From an uncultured Acidobacteriota bacterium (GTDB taxonomy: Bacteria; Acidobacteriota; Vicinamibacteria; Marinacidobacterales; DATDRI01): a DNA stretch of 64,000 bases. The stretch spans positions 22,726 through 86,725 of the forward strand of contig CAVROO010000023.1 of NCBI GenBank assembly GCA_963722765.1. Reading direction: 5' to 3'. The notes under the pieces were generated by a model. The model saw nothing but the letters and a program-made list of their open reading frames with translations. It was not told the origin of the DNA and did not search any database. This document shows, piece after piece, positions 51,050 through 59,597 of the stretch. The position numbers were made by a program, and so were the translations under genes. Every line of letters starts with the position of its first letter. The stretch's first letter is position 1.

Positions 51050-52125
51050 TCACGATCCTTCCTTCGGAAGACCACCGAGTCCGGGAGCCTCTTTGGGATA
51101 GAGGTAGCCTCTCTTGAGAACCACCGCCCCCGCGAAGAGGTCGCCCTCCAAATCGAGATGGCCGTCGAGATCGGCGTAAACGACATTGGGCCGGGCGAGG
51201 GCGTAGTGGAGCCCAGCCGCAATGGCCAGCGCCGATTCGTCCATGCAGCCCACCATGACCTCCAAGCGAGCGGCAAGGGCGACGGCATTGATTTGGAGCG
51301 CCTCGTCGATACCGCCCACTTTCATGAGCTTCACATTGACCATGTCGGCGAAATCCCGACGCGCCAAAGAGAAAGCGTCGCGCAGGCTCATCAGGCTTTC
51401 ATCCGCCATAACGGGTATGGCGAGTGGCGGCGACCACGCGCCCCATCAGATCGGGTTGGTTGCGCGGCGTCGGCTGCTCGAGGATCTCGACTTTCGCCGA
51501 TTTGGTTCGGCGCACAGAACTCGATAGCTTCCGAGGCGGAATAGCCTTGGTTGGCGTCGCACCGAAGCGCCACGCCCGCGCCTATCACCTCCCGAACACG
51601 AAAAACCCGGTCAATGTCCTCCTCGAGGTTACTTCCAGTCTTGATCTTGACGGCGCGAAAGCCCTCCTGCACAAACTGTCTGGCACGCGCGGCCGTTTCG
51701 TCCACACCCATGATACCGATGGTGATGCTGGTCAGGATGCGGTCTCGATACCCACCCAACACTCTCCACAAGGGTTGACCGGCCGCCTTGCCGAGAAGAT
51801 CGTGAAGCGCCATGTCTACGGCCGCACGGGCGGAAGGCCGGTCGGGGATCTTTTGCTTCAACTTCACAAGTAGACGTAGACGTCGAAGCGGATCGGCGCC
51901 TTCGAGTAGAGGAGTGGCCACCTCGCGGAGCGCGGCGAGGACATCGGACGCCTTCTCGCCGGTGACGGGCTCGTCGGGAGCCGCACATCCGTAGGCGACG
52001 AGTCCCGTGTTGGTTTCCAGGCGGATGAAAACATTGGTCGTTTTCTCGACCGTCTCGTAAGCAATGGTATAAGGTTCCCGTAGACGCATCTCCCACGGCC
52101 AGATCTCGATTCGATTGATTCGCAT
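51050..52125 (-). CDS. Enolase-superfamily dipeptide / N-acylamino-acid epimerase (L-Ala-D/L-Glu epimerase-like), two frame breaks as assembled (near 51495 and 51420)
   Basis: FRAVKIKTG (KxK), [14 protein letters not shown] in the shifted frame, [16 protein letters not shown] and YADLDGHL together make up the complete catalytic set of the family. Confidence 0.85.
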
Positions 52126-52126
52126 T

Positions 52127-54481
52127 TTAAAAACGCCTCTGGTAGATCTCGTCGAGGGTCATACTCTTGAGAGATTCCACCAGCTCTACGAGATGGCGGA
52201 TCATGACCTCCCACATCTTCTCACCCTTGGACCGGCTGGCGCAGGTCGGGTCTCCGAAGACGCCACTGGGCGTGATTCTCGCCGTGCGTGCGTACCAGCC
52301 GACCCCTCGTAGGGACGCGAGATCGAGATACCGGCTCGAAAACTTGGGAACGAACTTCTCGGCCCGCTCCATTCGCACCAACTCCGGTCTCACCGCGAGC
52401 GCCGTGGACGTTTCGATGTCACCGGCATGAACGTCGTTGGGGACTTCGGACATGGCAGCAATGTCTGCATCGGAGGTCTCGCCGGTGTCCACACAGGTGA
52501 AGATATGAGCGTCGCGGTTGATCATCTGAGCGGCGAAATGAAGCGCCGGTTCATTGCCTCCGTGGCCGTTGATGATGACCAGTTTGGTGATTCCGTGCTG
52601 TGCGACGCTCATTCCGATTTCATAAACGAGTTTCGACAACGTTTCGGGGCCGATACTCACCGTGCCGCTGAAGTCATCGTGGGCGTAAGAGACACCGTAA
52701 GGAATGAGCGGCAATACCAGGGGCTTCGGATTCGAGCACGAGGCCGCCACTTGTTTCGCGAGGTAGTCGGCATCGAACGCATCGGTATCGAGGGGCAGAT
52801 GGGGTCCGTGCTGCTCGATAGAACCCACCGGCAGCAAGGCCAAGTCCACTTGCTTGAAACGGTGCTCGGCTTCCGGCCAGGTCAGCTCGGCCAACAAGAA
52901 TCGATGCGACAAGCTCTTATCCTCCGCAGCAGCAGCGTCGTCACAGGTTTCGAACCGATAAGGTAGGTCCGCATCGGGGTCTTCGAGCGGATCGGTCTCG
53001 ACCCACAACCGTCCGACGTGCTTGACGGCGCCTTCGGTATGTTCCATCAGAATCCTATACAAGGGAACCCGAAGATCCATGGGAATCGCATTCATGGGCG
53101 AACGCTGGCGGTCGAATCGGAGCTTGAGCACTTCCGGTTGCGCCTCGGCTTTGACCTTACCAAGACGAGGGCGATCGATCTTTCCCTGGCTGTAAAGTAG
53201 ATGCCCCAGATGGCGGACCGCCGGCAGCTCCTGATGTACGCCCTTTTCTACGAGGCTCTTCAGGCAGTACTCCATTTGCTTGTCGCTGAAACCACAGTCT
53301 TTAGGATCCTTGTCGAAAGCGACGAGCATGCCGACGATGCGCCGGCACTTTTCGCACTTGCCGCAGGGACGGACCTTGTCGTTTTCCACGTGGGTCGCGT
53401 GGCAAGAGGTCTGCAATCTCAACAATTCGGGATAGCGCGAAGCGAGAGTCTTCTGGATGAGCATCTCCGACATGGGCCGGAGCAACGAGAACTGGTTGAT
53501 GCCCCAGCCCTTCCTTCGAAAGTAGCTGCTCATGGTCTCATCGAAATATCGACTCTGGTCGTAAAGGCCGTTGTAATGCGTGATCCCCCGGAACGTCGTT
53601 CTTTCCGTCGTGTCGTACTCATCCCCCAGCAGCAGACGACCCACGCCGCGTTGTTTAAGGAGCGGTAAGGCCCCGAAAAGGAAAACCGCTACAGTCCAGA
53701 GTCGGATGGGATACTCGTCGGATCGCACTTCGGCGAAATCCTCTCGGACGAAAGGAAGATGGCGAAGCATCCAAGAAAAGACCCGATCGGAGTTGGTCCA
53801 AACGCGAGCCGTATGGGGAATCTCACGCGTGAAGTACCGATAGGCATTGAGAGCGGTGAACCAGTGACGGCCCGACTCGTTCAGGAACACGGGGTGTGTC
53901 TCCCAGCCCATCTCGCGTAACAACCCGAAGGTCAAAAGACTATCTTTCCCACCGCTGGACAAAACGGCGTGCTTCTCCGTCGAGGCCGCCCAAGGTTTCA
54001 GCCGCTTGTCCTTCGTTTCCGGAAACACGAGCTCCGCCCGAAGGTAGTTCTTCCTACGCTCCGGAGGGAGGCCTGCCGCCTCTCCAACGAGGAAAGGATT
54101 GGGCTCGAGGAACTTCTTGACATAAATCTCCCGTGCCGTGTTCTTGGCCATTTCCAGAAGGAACGCCCGGTCCGCTTTGTCGAAGGTCCCGTGAAAAACA
54201 ATCGTCCGGGAGAAAAGGCCGTAGTTGAGAGCCAACTGAGCGGCGATCATGCCGGCCAGATTCGCGTCTCCCAAATCTTCCGGGTCGAAAACCGGCTCCT
54301 CGTATTTGTACGCGAGCTCCGTGGTGAACGTACCTTTCGTGGTAGTGACCTGGTAGGCAACGGCAAAACGATCGGGCTTCAGACGGACCGGTCCGACCTC
54401 GAGACGATCTATCGCAAGGAGCGGATTGGACTCGTCCAAGTCACGAATGTCCTCTATCAATTCAGTCTGTTTCTCGTTCAT
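52127..54481 (-). CDS. Fusion protein: unknown N-terminal domain + PP-loop ATP pyrophosphatase-like domain (QueC-like Cys cluster) + creatininase-family amidohydrolase
   Basis: 784 aa, intact. SGGKDS at aa 176-181, PCGKCEKCRR at aa 372-381. The creatininase-like C-terminus from about aa 527 has LLPVGSIEQHGPHLPLDTD, IINGHGGN and VHAGDIETS. Confidence 0.75.
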   Translation of the reverse strand: MNEKQTELIEDIRDLDESNPLLAIDRLEVGPVRLKPDRFAVAYQVTTTKGTFTTELAYKYEEPVFDPEDLGDANLAGMIAAQLALNYGLFSRTIVFHGTFDKADRAFLLEMAKNTAREIYVKKFLEPNPFLVGEAAGLPPERRKNYLRAELVFPETKDKRLKPWAASTEKHAVLSSGGKDSLLTFGLLREMGWETHPVFLNESGRHWFTALNAYRYFTREIPHTARVWTNSDRVFSWMLRHLPFVREDFAEVRSDEYPIRLWTVAVFLFGALPLLKQRGVGRLLLGDEYDTTERTTFRGITHYNGLYDQSRYFDETMSSYFRRKGWGINQFSLLRPMSEMLIQKTLASRYPELLRLQTSCHATHVENDKVRPCGKCEKCRRIVGMLVAFDKDPKDCGFSDKQMEYCLKSLVEKGVHQELPAVRHLGHLLYSQGKIDRPRLGKVKAEAQPEVLKLRFDRQRSPMNAIPMDLRVPLYRILMEHTEGAVKHVGRLWVETDPLEDPDADLPYRFETCDDAAAAEDKSLSHRFLLAELTWPEAEHRFKQVDLALLPVGSIEQHGPHLPLDTDAFDADYLAKQVAASCSNPKPLVLPLIPYGVSYAHDDFSGTVSIGPETLSKLVYEIGMSVAQHGITKLVIINGHGGNEPALHFAAQMINRDAHIFTCVDTGETSDADIAAMSEVPNDVHAGDIETSTALAVRPELVRMERAEKFVPKFSSRYLDLASLRGVGWYARTARITPSGVFGDPTCASRSKGEKMWEVMIRHLVELVESLKSMTLDEIYQRRF

Positions 54482-55569
54482 GCGCTTCTTCTCGAACGTT
54501 TAATCTCGGCGATGATCTCGCGGACGATTTCTCCCGGACCGTCGAGCAAAACGTCGGTTGTAGGTAGGTCTATCTGAGAGTTAATGGCACTACAGACCCG
54601 TCTTACCTTCTCCATAGGTATCCCCTCATGATTCACGGCGATGGCAACGACCGGCCGACCCGATATAAGCTCGACGGCCTGAATCTGGGTGGGCAGTCCA
54701 TGAAGCTTGTAACCGGGGAACCCGTCGTATTCCTTGCGGGCCGGGGCATGCTGGAGCACCACCGCGTCCGGCCTCCCGGCGGCCAGGATTTCGAATCCAC
54801 CCGGATAAGCCGGATTCAGTAGACTGCCTTGACCTTCGATCACGATAATGTCGGGTTGCGCCTCTTTCCAAGCGCTCCAGATGACGTGCTCGATCTCTCC
54901 CGCAACAAAGTCGTTGACCAGGCTGTCCAAAACGATCGAGTAACGGGCCCCTTGCAGCCAGGCGGTCTGACCGGTCCCAACCATCTCCGCGGTGAAACCG
55001 GTCTCTCGAAATCCTTCAACCAATCGCCAGGCCGTCGTTCGTTTTCCCACTGCCGAGTCCGTTCCCAGAACGGCGACCTTGAACGACCGAACTTCTTCGA
55101 TCTTTCCGCTGAAGAAATGGAGACCCGAGACCGGCGGTGGTCTACGGATATCTCTCAACTGCACTTGGTGAGCGCGGGCCAGCTCAACCAGCGCCGGGTC
55201 GTCACTCAGGTAGTCGTGAAGACCGCAATCGACATGGAGGCCCAGACGAATAGCAACTCCGATGTCTTCTTTGGCCCAGGACGGAAGACGGCCTCCGTCG
55301 GGAGCCAAACCGACAACGAGATGGGTCGCCGGCGCTCCGCCACGCCGAGCTTTCTCAACCGCCACCCCGATTTCGGAAAAAATCGGAATAGCCGATGGCC
55401 GGCCGTCGAGCACCTCGCCTGCGTCGCGACCCGCGCAGGCCGAGTCCACCACCGAGAGGACTTTGTAACGCTTCGTAAAACGCACCAGCCCGTGAGCGGT
55501 TTTACCGTTCGTGGTGTTGAAAGCCTTTTCGCAATAGACGATGGCATTGCCTTCCTCTACTTCTTTCAT
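54478..55569 (-). CDS. DUF1611-family P-loop protein (DgcN-like)
   Basis: 363 aa, intact. GTDSAVGKRTT P-loop, IVIEGQGSL, and the general DUF1611 layout. ATGA overlaps at both ends. Confidence 0.8.
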   Translation of the reverse strand: MKEVEEGNAIVYCEKAFNTTNGKTAHGLVRFTKRYKVLSVVDSACAGRDAGEVLDGRPSAIPIFSEIGVAVEKARRGGAPATHLVVGLAPDGGRLPSWAKEDIGVAIRLGLHVDCGLHDYLSDDPALVELARAHQVQLRDIRRPPPVSGLHFFSGKIEEVRSFKVAVLGTDSAVGKRTTAWRLVEGFRETGFTAEMVGTGQTAWLQGARYSIVLDSLVNDFVAGEIEHVIWSAWKEAQPDIIVIEGQGSLLNPAYPGGFEILAAGRPDAVVLQHAPARKEYDGFPGYKLHGLPTQIQAVELISGRPVVAIAVNHEGIPMEKVRRVCSAINSQIDLPTTDVLLDGPGEIVREIIAEIKRSRRSA

Positions 55570-56777
55570 GTTCGTCTCCCTGTGAGTACGGCTACGTAGC
55601 GATCGGGCGCCAAGGGCTCACTTTGATGCCGTTCTAAAAAGGCCTGAAGTCCGGCGGTTGAAGCGGGTAGGATGCTAAGCCCTTCCGAATCACGCAGCTT
55701 TTTCGATACCGCCAGCATGTTCTTGTCGCTGGCATAGGCGGCCCAACCGTTCGTCTGCTTGACCGCGTCGAGGCAGATGTTACCGTCGATGGAATGCCAG
55801 TTCACCAGCGGTTCGTTGATGGGAGTTTCTTTGATGCTTCTCGGCGCAAGATCCTCGCAGCGATCCAGTTTTTTCAGAAAAGAACTGACAATCGGATTTT
55901 TGCCGTAAGAGGAGCCCGCCACCATTTTCGGCATGCGGGACGTCTTGCCGCGACGGTAAAGACTCTGGAAGCCGCGGTGGATTCCCGCAAGGGTGGTGCC
56001 GTTGGAAACAGGTACCGCCACTACCGCCGGAGCATCCCTGAGCTCATCGTAGATTTCAAAAGCGATTTGACCGTAGGCTTGAAGCTGCAGAACCGTGTTG
56101 GCGCCGCCCGGATTGGCATCGTAGAGCTCGTCTTTTTGCGCGCGCCGACAGCTCTCCTCGACGGCGCTCTCATAGTCGCCCTTCACACGGACGATTTCGG
56201 CGCCTTGGGATTCCATCTCCTGGATCCGCCGGGTTTGAAAGGCTTCCGGAATATAGACGAGGCATCGAAGACCCGCCGTAGCCGCGGCGAAGGACATGGC
56301 GGCGCCGAAGTTGCCGCAGGTCGCCACGGTCACTGTGTCAAAGCCACGCCGTAGCGCGTCCATAGCTTGAGCGAAAGCGATACGGTCTTTCTGCGTTCCG
56401 GTGGGATTTCCACCCTCGAACTTGAGGTAGAGCTGCCTTAGGCCTACCTCACGCTCGATGTTTCTCGCCCGAGACAGGTTGGTGTCGCCGACTTCGGAGT
56501 CGAAAATGTCCTCGTAGGCTTCCAGACGCTCGGTTAGAGGTAAGGTCGCGTCGGAGGCAATCTTCCGCTGTCGCTCCTTATCAGGAGCAAGGATAGGATC
56601 ATGAGAAGTTGCGCCGTTCAGCAGCGGCCGAACGTTTTCCGTATCTCCAACCGTTTGTTCATGCCCGATAGGGTCCAAGGGTCGCTCCTTAATGAATGAG
56701 TCTCCGTTCATTCTCCGGCCGCATAAAGGCCATCGACTCTCGTAAGGAGACAGAAAGGGCAAGAAGCGTGCCACCAT
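55566..56777 (-). CDS. PLP-dependent fold-type II enzyme (threonine-synthase / Trp-synthase-beta-like)
   Basis: LKFEGGNPTGTQKDR (PLP lysine), ATCGNFGAA, and VPVSNGTTLAG (phosphate loop). The start is uncertain: ATG 56777 or ATG 56711. Confidence 0.75.
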   Translation of the reverse strand: MVARFLPFLSPYESRWPLCGRRMNGDSFIKERPLDPIGHEQTVGDTENVRPLLNGATSHDPILAPDKERQRKIASDATLPLTERLEAYEDIFDSEVGDTNLSRARNIEREVGLRQLYLKFEGGNPTGTQKDRIAFAQAMDALRRGFDTVTVATCGNFGAAMSFAAATAGLRCLVYIPEAFQTRRIQEMESQGAEIVRVKGDYESAVEESCRRAQKDELYDANPGGANTVLQLQAYGQIAFEIYDELRDAPAVVAVPVSNGTTLAGIHRGFQSLYRRGKTSRMPKMVAGSSYGKNPIVSSFLKKLDRCEDLAPRSIKETPINEPLVNWHSIDGNICLDAVKQTNGWAAYASDKNMLAVSKKLRDSEGLSILPASTAGLQAFLERHQSEPLAPDRYVAVLTGRRT

Positions 56778-56805
56778 AGCAAATAGGGCATTGTCCGTAT
56801 ATGAT

Positions 56806-57064
56806 TTAACCCTAATCCGACAATAAACTCAGGGTAAATTGCAGGAAAAACGGGGACAGGTCCCTTTTTGGCAAAGACAACGGTCGGATTAGGGTTCGCC
56901 CTGAAGCGAACACGAGCCAACAAAGCCATTGCGTAAAGACACATTAGAACGGCTTCATAGTTGAGTGCATCACAGACCCCTTTCCCAACAATAGCGGTCA
57001 CTATCATGGCTTTTGTCGCGTCTGCCAAAGCTGATTCGCTTATTTATTGTCGCTTCAGGGTTAA
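56806..57064. repeat. Pair of adjacent inverted-repeat (BIME/MITE-like or leader-RNA) elements in the operon upstream region
   Basis: Outer 22-mers ttaaccctaatccgacaataaa (56806-56827) and the reverse complement of 57043-57064 match 19/22. Inner perfect stems are 56808-56821/56883-56896 (14 bp) and 56899-56909/57050-57060 (11 bp). A competing 6-bp hairpin lies at 56894-56911. Confidence 0.55.
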
Positions 57065-57276
57065 ATAATAGACTTATACAAAAGAGAGCAGAAGGCTAGA
57101 GATCGAGCCTAGGGAAAGTGTGGCGAAATTGTCGATTACCCCCCGCCCGTCCGCCGCCTGAAAACCCGGCCCACCGCGACGTGCGGACAAAAACGCCACA
57201 CGCACCACTTTTGCGCCCCATTCGAAGAAAGGAAAAGCACCGTAACCCGCGGGTTTCAAGAGACTTTGCTTTTGTA

Positions 57277-57305
57277 TTGCTTTTCAAATCCCCCTCTACT
57301 AATAT
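57277..57305 (+). promoter_or_regulatory. Sigma-70-like promoter candidate for the APC-Usp permease
   Basis: TTGCTT (57277-57282), 17-nt spacer, TAATAT (57300-57305), 36 nt before the GTG at 57342. Confidence 0.3.
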
Positions 57306-57341
57306 CGCTCCGCCAAAACCTGAGCTCCCGAGGTCCCATCA

Positions 57342-59591
57342 GTGTCCATTGAAGTTCGATTGAGCCGCGAGATGAAGCTCATGGACATCACCATGATCGG
57401 CGTTGGGGCCATGATTGGTGCAGGGATTTTCGTTCTCACAGGTATCGCCGCCGGCGTGGCCGGACCGGCACTGCTTCTCGTCTTTCTGCTCAATGGGGTC
57501 GTTGCACTTCTAACCGCGACGGCCTATGCGGAGCTCGGTAGCGCCATCCATGGTGCCGGCGGTGGCTATCTCTGGATCAAAAGGTCACTCCCCGATCCGA
57601 GCGGCTTCCTCGCCGGATGGATGGACTGGTTCGCCCATGCCGTAGCCTGCTCACTCTACGCTCTGGGATTCGGCGCCTATTTCCGGTTGGTGCTCGAGTT
57701 CCTCAACATCCCCGAGCTCTCGGTCGGATTCATGGGACTCGAGAAATGGTTGGCCGTTGTTTGCGTTGCCCTTTTCTCCTATATCAACTTCAGCGGGGCA
57801 TCGGAGACAGGCAAAGCCGGCAACGTCGTTACGATAGGAAAAGTCGCCATCATCGGCGCCTTCATCGTAGCCGGCCTTTGGACTGTTGCAAATCGTCCGG
57901 GCTGGCAGGTCTCCTTCAAGCCGTTTCTGGCGAACGGTTGGGGCGGCGTCTTTGCCGCCATGGGGCTCACTTTCATCGCTTTCGAAGGCTACGAGATCAT
58001 CGCCCAGACCAGCGAGGAAGTGCAGAACCCGAGGCGGAACGTGCCGAGGGCCGTTTTTCTTTCACTGTTGATCGTCGTCCCCATCTATCTCTTAGTGGCC
58101 TTTGTCGCGATCGGGGCGGTGACCCCGATCGAAGGACTCAGCGTGACGGAGTACTTGGCGCAAGAGAAGGAGATTGCGCTGGTATCGGCGGCCGACCAAT
58201 TCGTGGTCGGTGGCGGCCTCGTCATCTTGGTGGGCGGGCTTTTGTCTACGCTTTCGGCATTGAACGCTACCATCTACTCCTCCTCACGAGTGGCCTTTGC
58301 CATGGCCCGTGACGCCAGTCTCCCGCAGTGGATCGGCCGCGTTCACCGCCGGCGTCTCACTCCGCACATCGCCATTTTTTTCTCTGCACTCATCGTCATT
58401 ACCATGGCCATTACCCTTCCCATCGAAGAGGTGGCCGCGGCAGCGGACATCATGTTTCTGCTGCTCTTCGCCGGGGTGAACATCGCTCTCATCCGCCTGA
58501 GGAAACTACGTCCCGATCTCGACCGCGGCTTCCGAGTACCCTGGGTACCCTTTACACCAATACTGGCCATTATCACCATGCTCTTCCTCGCCGTCTTCTT
58601 GTTCTTCCACTACCCCATGGCCTGGGTGGCCGCCGGCGGCTGGATCGGCGTCGGTTGTCTCGTTTATTACAAATACAGCCATCGACGGGAGGTGGCTTTC
58701 GTCGAGCGAGAGAAGTGGATGGAGCGGATCGAGCGGAAAGAATATCGCGTCCTGGTCGCCGTCTCGAGTCCGCGGAGCGTGGAATCTCTCATGGAAGCCG
58801 CTTTGCCGCTGGCCCGTAGCCACCAGGGCGAGCTCGTCGTGGTTTCGGTCGCCGAGGTGCCGGAGGGCGAAAGTCTCATGCGTGAACGCCCGTTGAACCG
58901 CGAGCTCGAAGAGGTCTTGCAGCAGGCCGTCCGGCTCGCCGAGGAACGCGGCATCAAAGCACGACCCGTGGTCAAGATCGGGCACCGGATCAGCCATTCG
59001 CTGGTTCAAACCGCCCGGGAGGAAGCCTGTAATTTCCTCATTATCGGTCAGCCCACGAGCCAATCTTTTTTCGAGCGTATCGTCGCGACGATCGTCGAAC
59101 GAGTTCTGGAAGATGCGCCTTGTCGAGTGGGCGTCGTTTACGGCACCCTTCGCCGCGATGGGATTCGGGGGATCGCATTGCCCGTAACCCGGGGCATGAA
59201 CTCCAAGCTGGCAGCCTCGCTGGCTCCCGCCTATGCCGATTGGTTTGGTGCGAAAACCCGTCCCGTCACGATTGTCGAACGGGAAACAAACGAAGAAGAG
59301 GCCCAAAAACATACTGCCGAAGCGGAAATGACCCTGAGAGAAGTCGGACTCGAAGAATCTCTCCAAGTCTTACGTCGGCGCGACGTCGGTCAGGGACTAT
59401 CCGGTGCCGTCAGGATGGGCGAGCTGGTCCTCATCGGAGCGCCGAGCTCAGGGCCGGTGGCGCCGCTTCTGGGGGAGACCATCCCCTCGTTGATGGCCAA
59501 ACGAGGCCGTACACCCGTCATGGTGGTGCGCGATGTGGAGGAGCGGCGAGCTCGTCGCTTCGAGCGTGTCTTCTTCTCAAGCAACAAGTAG
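57342..59591 (+). CDS. APC-superfamily amino acid permease fused to two C-terminal universal stress protein (Usp) domains
   Basis: 749 aa, intact. ITMIGVGAMIGAGIFVLTG and about 12 TM helices, then two Usp-like units (YRVLVAVSSPRS..., IALPVTRGMNSKLA...VMVVRD). Confidence 0.85.
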   Translation: MSIEVRLSREMKLMDITMIGVGAMIGAGIFVLTGIAAGVAGPALLLVFLLNGVVALLTATAYAELGSAIHGAGGGYLWIKRSLPDPSGFLAGWMDWFAHAVACSLYALGFGAYFRLVLEFLNIPELSVGFMGLEKWLAVVCVALFSYINFSGASETGKAGNVVTIGKVAIIGAFIVAGLWTVANRPGWQVSFKPFLANGWGGVFAAMGLTFIAFEGYEIIAQTSEEVQNPRRNVPRAVFLSLLIVVPIYLLVAFVAIGAVTPIEGLSVTEYLAQEKEIALVSAADQFVVGGGLVILVGGLLSTLSALNATIYSSSRVAFAMARDASLPQWIGRVHRRRLTPHIAIFFSALIVITMAITLPIEEVAAAADIMFLLLFAGVNIALIRLRKLRPDLDRGFRVPWVPFTPILAIITMLFLAVFLFFHYPMAWVAAGGWIGVGCLVYYKYSHRREVAFVEREKWMERIERKEYRVLVAVSSPRSVESLMEAALPLARSHQGELVVVSVAEVPEGESLMRERPLNRELEEVLQQAVRLAEERGIKARPVVKIGHRISHSLVQTAREEACNFLIIGQPTSQSFFERIVATIVERVLEDAPCRVGVVYGTLRRDGIRGIALPVTRGMNSKLAASLAPAYADWFGAKTRPVTIVERETNEEEAQKHTAEAEMTLREVGLEESLQVLRRRDVGQGLSGAVRMGELVLIGAPSSGPVAPLLGETIPSLMAKRGRTPVMVVRDVEERRARRFERVFFSSNK

Positions 59592-59597
59592 GCGCTT

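Noticed and set aside
39196-51500. Programmed ribosomal frameshifting or an alternative genetic code as the explanation for the many frame breaks.
   Set aside because: The breaks go in both directions, share no slippery heptamer or downstream structure, often sit at simple homopolymers, and hit unrelated gene families. Indel error or decay is the simpler explanation.
56708-57028. ORF 56708..57028 - (106 aa) upstream of and overlapping the PLP-enzyme gene.
   Set aside because: It reads straight through the inverted-repeat arms, overlaps the PLP gene out of frame, and has no motif support. It is likely a by-product of the palindromic sequence.
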